The notes under the pieces were generated by a model that ran no database searches, was not told the origin of the DNA, and was given only the letters and a program-made list of their open reading frames with translations. Below, in pieces: positions 9,979 to 18,327 of a DNA stretch of 32,572 nt (positions are counted from its first letter, which is position 1; every line of letters begins with the position of its first letter). A program made the position numbers and the translations under genes. Source of the DNA: Chrysochromulina tobinii (lineage: Eukaryota); the NCBI GenBank assembly GCA_001275005.1, contig JWZX01002444.1:1-32572 (forward strand), given 5' to 3'.

Positions 9979-10967
9979 ACCCAACGCGTGAGCCCTAATA
10001 TGGAGTGGGAGGGCGATGAGGCCGAGAACTACGGGCGACGTTTCGGCCGCGAAAGCCGCACTCGCCGCGAGGAGGCCTCGTCTCCGAGCGCTCAGCGCCG
10101 AGATGAGCGCCGAGATGATTCTCAGAACACGCGACTGATTCTCAGCCGAACATGCAGCGCACGGCATAAAGCTGGGGCGGTAGTATTGCCTGATTGTCGT
10201 CTGTCTCTCCCAACCCGTTGGCGTGTTCTCTGTTCTGACTTCTGTGTCCTCAAACGTAAAAGGAACTACACCCGAGGCCGAGCGGTATAGCCCCCGGCCT
10301 TCCGCATAGCTCCGCTCCGCATCGGGCGTACACCCATGCGTACACCGTACTGAATCTCGAATCTCGAATCTCGTCCCGCGCCGCTCTAAGCGGAAAGCGC
10401 ACGGGCCACGGCGAGAGCGTCCGCCGTTTGCGGCGCGACACGCAGACCCCGCTCGTAAATATGTCATAATAGTAAATTATCGCGAACCGTTTACGTGTAC
10501 GCGGGCCCCATGTGACGCGGCCCGCGCCAGAGGGCGCGCAGGTTTTTCCCGCCCCCGCCCGGGCCCGCGGCGGGCATACACGCATACTGCCGTACGTATT
10601 CGAAGGAATTCCTATGAGATCCGAATACGGGCGTATGTGCGGACGAGTGGGCCCCGAGGGCTCTCCACTCCGTCCAATCAAAGGTCATCAGCGGCAATCA
10701 GTGCAAGTACCCTGCCCCGTGGGCTCTCCACTCCGTCCACTCCCCGCCAGCTTCCATGCAGCATGCCATACTCATACGTGATTCTCGAGGCGTGATTCGT
10801 CGGTTTCGTCGAGATGCAGCATGCCATGCTCATGCGTGACGCTCCTCGTCGGCGTCGTCAGTACGATCTCCCTTGATCTCCCTTGATCGCCCTTGGCTCT
10901 CAATGACACTCCTGCTCTCGTTGTGGCATGCATGTTCATCTGCTTAAGACCGTTGCTTGCATGGTCA

Positions 10968-12753
10968 TCATCTTAAGATTGAGTACTCCGCCCCCGGCGT
11001 TCTCCCCACCTCCCCCGGCATCAGAGGCGTTGGGCGTACCGGCCCGAAATCGGCAAAGATGGGCGCCCACGCCGTCGAGTCGAAAGGCACATCCTTCATG
11101 ACGCCGTTCGGTCCGAATTCCGCATCGGAAGGCGCCGCCCCGTCCTCGGAAATTGGCGGCAGCCAGGGCGCGGGCAGCTCCTTGCGCAGCAAAGCCGTCC
11201 ATGAGAACCCAACGAACCATGGATCAAGCTGCAGACCGAGACGCGAGGCACGAGCGGCGCTCAGCGACCATCGACCGACAAGGGTTTCGTCAGTGGGGAT
11301 GCCGGTAGATAAATCTCCGAGCTCAGCGGCCATCGAGCGGCACTCTGCGGCCATCAGAGGCCATCAGAGGCCATCAGCGGCCATCAAGAGGCCATCAGCG
11401 GCCATCAGCGGTCATCAGCGGTCATCAGCGGTCATCAGCGGCCATCAGCGGCCATCAGTGGTCATCAGCGGCCATCAGCGGCCATCAGCAGCCATCAAGA
11501 GGCCATCGAGCGGCCATCAGCGCACCTGCAGAGCGAGGAAGCCTTCGGGGCCGCATCCAATCCGTTCAGTCTCTCGCGCGCGTAAAAGTCCTATAAGGAA
11601 AGCACCGGCGGCTCTCGAGAGGTTCTCGGCGGTGCGACTCACCTGAGCGAGGAAGTTCCATATTAGGGAGTCAAGGTGGACCCTAAGTTCCATATTAGGG
11701 AGTCAAGGTGGACCCTAAGTTCCATATTAGGGAGTCAAGGCGGGAGCCGAAATGACAAAGACTCAGGGGGGGAGAGGGAAGCAATCCGCGCCGAGATGAG
11801 GGAAGCAATCCGAGGGCTCGTGGATGAGCTCTGATGAGGGAAGCAATCCGAGGGCTCGTGGATGAGCTCTGATGAGGGAAGCAATCCGAGGGCTCGTGGA
11901 TGAGCTCTACCTGTCGTTGAAGCCGCTCCGCGGCTTCGTGTCCTCCGCGCGTATACTGTTCGATAAGCGCGAAGATATCTTGAGCGGAGCGCCCCTCGAA
12001 GGGGGGGCGCCCGGTGAGCATCTCATGCAGCAGCACCCCCAGCCCCCACCAGTCCGCCGCCGTCGAGCGACCCTTGCCCGAGACGACCTCGGGCGGCGCG
12101 TACTCATCGGTTCCGCATTTGGTAAAGGTGCGTGACTCGGAGACGCACTTGGCAAAGCCGAAGTCGCAGAGCTTGACGTAACCGTCGCCGCCGATGAGCA
12201 CGTTCTCGAGCTTCACGTCTCGGTACACGTACCCACGCGAGTGGATGTGACGAAGCGCGAGCGCCACCGTCGCCGTGTAGAAGCGCGCGTGGTCCTCGCG
12301 CACGCCGGTCGGAAAGAGATCGAGGAGGCCGAAGAGGTCTCCTCCGGACATGAGCTCGAGGCAAAAGTAGAGGGAGGAGTGGTCCTGGAACGTGCCGAAC
12401 AGCCGCGTGATGAATGGGTGTCGGCAGTCCATCAGCGCCTCCTTCTCGGTGAACACACGCATCGCCGACTTGCGCGGCAGCGCGGCCAGCCGGCCCTTGC
12501 GTACCTGCTTGACCGCGTAGCGCAGGCCGCTGTGCGAGTCCTCGGCGAGCCACACGCCCCCCTGCCCGCCTAGCCCTATGGGCCGCCGGAAGCGCATGGT
12601 ATGCAAGCTAAAGTTGCTCTCCTGGTGTTCGTCGGCCGCCTTGAGAATCTCTTCGGTCACGTCGTCGAGATCCTCTATCTTCAGCTGGTCTACGAGCGAA
12701 GCGGCAGCCATGGCATCGGAGAGGTCCTTGCTCGACGACATATTGCGCCGCAT
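10968..12753 (-). CDS. AGC-group Ser/Thr protein kinase (PKA/PKG-like catalytic domain), at least 3 exons
   Basis: Exons 11911-12753, 11526-11642 and 10968-11228. Motifs: GLGGQGGV, YAVK, HPFITRL, YRDVKLEN, DFG, TKCGTDEYAPPE, DWWGLG, and an AGC tail (DPWF..FSW..LLRKELPAPWLPP, FADF). The start and extreme 3' end are uncertain. Confidence 0.88.
11348..11520. repeat. 10-nt tandem repeat in kinase intron 2
   Basis: G(C/T)CATCAGCG-type units in tandem. Confidence 0.95.
11653..11908. repeat. Two tandem arrays in kinase intron 1
   Basis: A 32-nt unit AAGTTCCATATTAGGGAGTCAAGGTGGACCCT (about 3 copies, 11653-11740) and a 38-nt unit GATGAGGGAAGCAATCCGAGGGCTCGTGGATGAGCTCT (3 copies, 11795-11908). Confidence 0.95.
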
Positions 12754-13861
12754 GCTACAAATGTTGGCGAGCCGACTCGACAGCCCCGCTTCTGGACCTT
12801 CCGCGCGCTCGCGACCGTCGCGTGTCCACAACGCGGAGAGGTTCCCCACGAAACCGAGATGAGACCTCAACGAAGGTGGAGTGACGAAAGGAGGAACTTA
12901 ATGAATGACGCGAGATTGGAAATGAAATGGCGGTGACCAATCACAAGAGCGGAACGGAAAAGTAGGGAAGAAAATGACCTCGCAGGTGCACGGGGCGCGG
13001 GGCTGCCCGGCGGGGGCCTTCGCCTGAAAAATGCCATCACAATAAATTTATACCGTACTTCAACCCCACGCACGCGGCGCAGGGCTCGCGCTCAAAGCGT
13101 TATGGGCGGCCGTCCTGGAATCCGAGGACCTCCTGCCGCACATCCTGGCGCCCTCGACTGCATCGGTTGGCGGTTCCCTTGACGTGTCGCCTGTGGCGCA
13201 CGATTTCCCTTGTTTGTCCATGCTCCCCTCTTTGAACCGGACCGTGCAACCGTCCGGTACCGCAACTGAGAACTGGAGGATCTGAAGATCTGAACAGCAC
13301 TTTTTCAACACATTTCCCGTCTGGGCATTACATGTATTCTCACGACTCTCGAGACCTACCACAAAAGCCCATCCCCGGATGGCAGCGGTCGACTGACCGC
13401 ACTTTACATGTAAAAAGGCATCACGTGGCGAATCACATCTCGAATTCTCGATACTCTCTAATTCACAGACAGCCCTTGTGGTCGACTCTCAACGTCTCAA
13501 GTCATCAAGCTCACCGCAGGTGTGGAATTGTTCTGTAGGTGTGAATGAGGACTCCCCGCAGCAAGCAAGCAAGCTAATTAGTCGACACACACACAGGCGT
13601 GCCGACCATCAGGTCCGGCCGAGCTTGCATGCATATATATACGATATATCGCCAATATTACCATATCGGGCATCGTAATGAACGCTGAGTGCGTCGCATG
13701 AGAGCTTCGAGAAAGCTTCGAGAACGCTCTCGCTCTCGTGCGCTGCGCTCTGTCGTGTTGTTGTTGTTGCGGACAGCACGACCCTGAGTTGGCCCAGTGA
13801 CGGAGCACACTCGCGCTTCATGCTCTGCGAACTGGCCCACGTGTGACCTTCACCACAGCGA

Positions 13862-15508
13862 ATGAGCGACCCGATTTGCCCCGGAATAACCGCCGCAGGG
13901 AAGTTGCTCGGGCGCGAGGAGGCCGCAGCGGGCGTCTTCTCGCCAGGCTATGCGCATCCTGTGCCGACGGACGACGCTCCTCCATGCTTCCGCTGCTGGG
14001 CACTGCCCGACGCATGCCTCGAGGTGCTTCCTACGAGACTAACATCAAAGGGTGCGTACGACGATCCACGAAGCAACGTGATCGGCGTGAAACTCTACCC
14101 GATAAACTCGCGGCCCTTTCGGCTCCATGTCGCCGGCCTCACCCATGCAGAGCTGCGCACGCGGCTCGATCGGCTCAAGGCGTTTGTCATGGACCCACTG
14201 AGGTCCGAGCTGCTCCGTCACCTTGAGTCAGACGTTTTTTGGATTGACCGCGCCAGTGCCAGCTTGCGCTGGCCACTCTACCCTGCGGGTGGGTCGGGCA
14301 ATGCCTCTGGCAATGCAGGCGCTGCAGGCGGTGACGACGAGCTCGTCATGATCTGGCCGAGATGGGAAAAGGGCTATGGCGACGTGATCGCGAACACGCT
14401 GCTACCTTTTGGCGAGATGCTGCGACGCGGCACGCCACCGCGCCACTTGGCGCTCTCGGGCATGCGTCACGCCACGCTGCTGCCGCCTCTCCGAGCGGCG
14501 ACGGTTTCACTGTGTGGAATCGAGAGAGACAATGAACCTCTGCTGCCTCGGTGCGTGTCCACTTGCTGGCGGGCTGTGCGCATCTGCGCGCCCAATTTTG
14601 CCGAGTCGACTGCGGACACTTGGCTCGATACTATAGCCCTTGACGCAGCCGCCGCCGCTGTGGATGTCGCCGCACCTACCGCCGCCAGCGCTGCCATTGC
14701 AGTTGCCGCCGCCGTCGCCGCCGCAGCAGCCACAGATGCCGCACCTACCGCCGCCGCACACATCGCCGCCGCCGCCGCCTCCTTGCCGCCACCGCCCGTC
14801 ACACGGCGCTCGACACGGCGCGAGCTTCGCGTGCTCATCGCGTCGCGCTCAGGTCGACGTCTTCTAGCTAACGATGCAGCGCTCAGTGCGGCCTGCGACG
14901 GCGTCGAGCTCGAAGGCACGCGACTCCGCTGCTCGCTTCTGCCGGCCTCGCTCCCGCAGGCCGCCAAGATTGCGCGCTTGCGCGAGGCCGACGCCTACGT
15001 GTGCGTGTGGGGAGGGGACACCGTGCATGCTCTCCATATGCGCCAAGGCTCGGCGGTGATCGAGCTGCGCAACGAAGGGTTCGCGAAGGGTGCGCCCCAC
15101 ACTTGGCTCGATCTGCACAAGCGCTGGGTGACGCGCTATGCCGGTCCATCGTTCAGCCGGCCACTCCACTTCACGTCCATCACGCTGCCTGCAAACTGGA
15201 CTATCCTTCGCGCAGCCGAGCACGAGTGCTTTGTACACAACGCCAAGGAGCGGAAGAAATTGATCGCGTCCAACGCCAAGGAGATTCCACAGGACGATTG
15301 GCTGTGTTACTGGAACGCTGACTTTAACGTGCCCTTCGAGCAGCTGCGCCCCGCGCTCGAAAAGCACATCCAGCGGCTCAAAAAGCTCGAGCCCCACCTC
15401 TGGGGCAGCGGCGTCAATACCACCAAGTCATTCAGAAGAACCAAAAGGAAAAAGAAGGCCAGAACAAGAACCTCCTCTGATCCTCGCTCTCCTGAAACAC
15501 ATGGGTGA
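13862..15508 (+). CDS. Glycosyltransferase family 61-like protein
   Basis: 548-aa ORF. The C-terminal segment RRLLAN...KIARLREADAYVCVWGGDTVHALHMRQGSAVIEL matches the GT61 pattern (..AD..VGVHGAGLTN..FM..G..VIE), recognised from memory. Confidence 0.65.
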   Translation: MSDPICPGITAAGKLLGREEAAAGVFSPGYAHPVPTDDAPPCFRCWALPDACLEVLPTRLTSKGAYDDPRSNVIGVKLYPINSRPFRLHVAGLTHAELRTRLDRLKAFVMDPLRSELLRHLESDVFWIDRASASLRWPLYPAGGSGNASGNAGAAGGDDELVMIWPRWEKGYGDVIANTLLPFGEMLRRGTPPRHLALSGMRHATLLPPLRAATVSLCGIERDNEPLLPRCVSTCWRAVRICAPNFAESTADTWLDTIALDAAAAAVDVAAPTAASAAIAVAAAVAAAAATDAAPTAAAHIAAAAASLPPPPVTRRSTRRELRVLIASRSGRRLLANDAALSAACDGVELEGTRLRCSLLPASLPQAAKIARLREADAYVCVWGGDTVHALHMRQGSAVIELRNEGFAKGAPHTWLDLHKRWVTRYAGPSFSRPLHFTSITLPANWTILRAAEHECFVHNAKERKKLIASNAKEIPQDDWLCYWNADFNVPFEQLRPALEKHIQRLKKLEPHLWGSGVNTTKSFRRTKRKKKARTRTSSDPRSPETHG

Positions 15509-15652
15509 GAGCGTTAGGGGCCGGGCTAGTTCGTTTTAGTTTTGAAAGTTACTCGCTTTAAGCGAAGTAAAGTAGGATCTGAGGCCTCTGTCACTCTCGA
15601 ACACTCTCGTCTTCCGTTCGATCCTTAGTGCATAGGTTTACCGTGGCTGCTT

Positions 15653-16336
15653 TTAGTCACCAGGGAGAGGGTGCTCGCTGCCCCCCTCGGTGGCCATGTA
15701 CTCATCGAACTGCTTTCTCAGGTTTGCGTACAGTTCCGAAGGCGGATCGCCTGCCGCCTGTTGGCGCAGCTCTTCGCGGAGGAGAGTCTGGATCCGACCA
15801 TTCCAGCTCGTCCAAGAGTAGCCATTGCCTGTTCGTCCGGTCCATGAGGTCGACGGAGCTCCGGTGATCTGGACGTCACCCGTCCCGAGCAGCTCGCGAC
15901 GCAGATCTTCGTTTGCGAGCAGCTTGGCTCGACAAATACGCAGCATCACCTCGATCTTGACAGCATCCCAATCCGAGCGCAGGTCGGCCCTGGCACCCTC
16001 GCGCCATACGCGCATGCCATGGTTGTGGTCTGTCTCGCCAGCGAAAGGAAGCATCCGCTGTATCCGTTGACGCCCGCTCGCACCGTGAGCCGTAGTTTTG
16101 AGAAACTTGCATGCCTGATAGCACTGCTCGACAGACTGCCACGTGTCACCGTCGAAATGGAATTGGGCGACTTGAAAGTTATCAGTGCACGGAGGGCCAC
16201 TGATGCGCTTTCGTGGCGCGACAGCGGGCGTCAACGCCACATGTCCACCAAGTGCCTGTGCGTCGGTGCCGTGGCTAAGTGCTACAGCGTCTGCAGGCAA
16301 TGGCTCCTCGATGAGAAGATAGCATGGGCCACCCAT
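15653..16336 (-). CDS. NADAR-domain (YbiA-like) N-glycosidase
   Basis: DNF...FHFDGDTWQSVEQCYQACKF and RSDWDAVKIEVMLRICRAK...LRRELLGTGD are typical NADAR segments. The first in-frame ATG is at 16336. Confidence 0.8.
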   Translation of the reverse strand: MGGPCYLLIEEPLPADAVALSHGTDAQALGGHVALTPAVAPRKRISGPPCTDNFQVAQFHFDGDTWQSVEQCYQACKFLKTTAHGASGRQRIQRMLPFAGETDHNHGMRVWREGARADLRSDWDAVKIEVMLRICRAKLLANEDLRRELLGTGDVQITGAPSTSWTGRTGNGYSWTSWNGRIQTLLREELRQQAAGDPPSELYANLRKQFDEYMATEGGSEHPLPGD

Positions 16337-17207
16337 GTGCGCGAGGTGCTCGTGTGAAAAAAGAATCAAGCGTCGCCGCGGGCGGTACCGGTAAAAAGAC
16401 ACCGGGGGGAGCCGGGACACTCACGGACGGTACCGGTACCTCTTCTTGAGTGACGAATTGTAACCGATGGCTATGAAGTGCTGATCAAACACCCTCCGAT
16501 GAGTATGTGTGATAATGTGTGAGTATGTGTGGTACGTTGGTCGTTTCGTAGGACGTTCAGATATCAGGAGTTAATGCGGAGGCGTGCATGTCGGAGGGTG
16601 TACCGGTATGTTCAAAAACACCGGAGGGAGCCGGAACACACGGGGGACAGACACACGGATCAGTGAGGACAAACAACCTCAGAACCGCGACCACACCATG
16701 CGGCTCACTGTTCGTTGTTCGAATCACTGTTACGCGTTACGGGTCACGGCGGCCGTCTCAACCGGTGATTCTGTGTGGGCACCCGGGGTTGGCGGTGACC
16801 GTGCTCGTGCGTAGGTGAGTTGGTTGGGTTCTTACTACGTAGATTCAATGTGCGAACCGGCACGCCGCCGTCGCCGCGTCGCGCAGCAGTGGCAGGAGTT
16901 ACGACCGGCACGGAGAGTGACCAGGGACGGGGTCTCGGCGGTCTGTCTAATCTTAGCTGTCAGGCGTTGCGTCTTTAGTTGTGTCCCCCGTTCGGCTCCC
17001 TGTTCGGTCTTTTTAGCGTTATTAAACACGCATATTCGTGTGCTAGCTTGCTTTCTTCAAGTCGTCTTCAACCCGGAACTGTATTGACTGAATTCGACCA
17101 CATAACGTTGCCCTCGTTTCGCCTCGCTGCATTGTTGAAATAGCGTGACGTTCGGTGCAATTGCTGCCTCCACGTAAGCACACGGTCGCGAGCACACATG
17201 GCGCACA

Positions 17208-18131
17208 TCAGCACGTCGTGCACTCAAGCATGGAGAAAGGGAAACACCGCGTTGCACCTCGAAATTCCTTGCCGATGCCAAATTTTGCGACGCAGCTGTC
17301 AATGTCCACCTCGAATCCTCTAGTATGGAGATCTCTTGCCGGCATGCGTAGCATCGCTGCCTCCTTTTCGGCAGGCCAGTGGCAGAAATCAGCAAAAGAA
17401 CGGTTCGTGTATTTCTCCATGAATCTTGTGGAGAATAGCACAGCGTGCCATCCACGATTTCCTGGTTGGCGCCCAGAGATGGGACTGAGCTCATGGTAAT
17501 GTGTCGAGAGCTGTTTCCCCATGACAGCTCGAAATGAGCCTAGGAGTGCAAGATCAACGTTCGTTGATCGATGCATGAAGTTCACTCCTTCGACGATTAT
17601 GCTGCGCGCAGCAAGCGCCGGAAGAGACGGTGCAAGGCAAGCGTCGTCTTCGAAACGCAGTAATGGCGCCTTGAAGTGGGCTAGTGCAACTCGGAACATA
17701 TCTTGTGCATTCACCCAGCTTGCCTGCTTGACGCACATGCTTGCCCTGTCTGCAACGATGCCGTTATCGCGGTATCCCGTACATGCCTTCGCTTCATGGA
17801 CTCGCAGCAATGTGGTGGCAGGCAGCGCCTGTTGTAATTGGCTGACCACCATCGCAGACAAGTTAGTTCGTGTGGTCAAGATTGCGGCATGAAAGTGTGT
17901 GACGTCTCCCGCGCTCTCACTTGCACTGAGAGCATGAGTGGGCTGGCTGCTCAAGGTACTCATGCCTCCCCTTTGTCGCACCTCTTCTCTCTCACTCCTG
18001 CAGGTCGCTCTCCCCAAGGCGTCGCACGCACCTCGCCCCACTCGCGGGCGAAGCCGCGTGAATACAATCGTTCTGTACTGTACCGTACCGGCAACTTTGG
18101 AGGTCCACACGAGTGCGCGTGAAGTGTGCAT
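17208..18131 (-). CDS. Putative GT-A glycosyltransferase (GT25-like); boundaries uncertain
   Basis: The motifs LLRFEDDA, DLALLG and GWHAVLFS occur in GT25-like order. GC content is lower than in neighbouring genes, and the N-terminus is unclear. Confidence 0.45.
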   Translation of the reverse strand: MHTSRALVWTSKVAGTVQYRTIVFTRLRPRVGRGACDALGRATCRSEREEVRQRGGMSTLSSQPTHALSASESAGDVTHFHAAILTTRTNLSAMVVSQLQQALPATTLLRVHEAKACTGYRDNGIVADRASMCVKQASWVNAQDMFRVALAHFKAPLLRFEDDACLAPSLPALAARSIIVEGVNFMHRSTNVDLALLGSFRAVMGKQLSTHYHELSPISGRQPGNRGWHAVLFSTRFMEKYTNRSFADFCHWPAEKEAAMLRMPARDLHTRGFEVDIDSCVAKFGIGKEFRGATRCFPFSMLECTTC

Positions 18132-18327
18132 GGACGCGGAAGCAGACGAGGAAGCCGACTAGCCCATGGCGAAGTCGCCAAGTATGGCATCCGGTGTGTT
18201 TGAACGGTACCAGGTACGTTGAACCACGACGACGCGTCGAAGATACAAGATACATGGTGACGTGGAACGCTCCGCTTCACGTCCAAGCGGCCCGCGCTTG
18301 CCCATCCGATACTGGCAGTAGGTGCTC

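Noticed and set aside
1670..11735. Scattered TTAGGG as interstitial telomere
   Set aside because: The hexamers are never in tandem. They are better explained as CCCTAAT variants of the sense-strand filler.
11653..11908. 32-nt and 38-nt repeats of CRISPR-repeat size
   Set aside because: They are head-to-tail with no spacers and are intronic.
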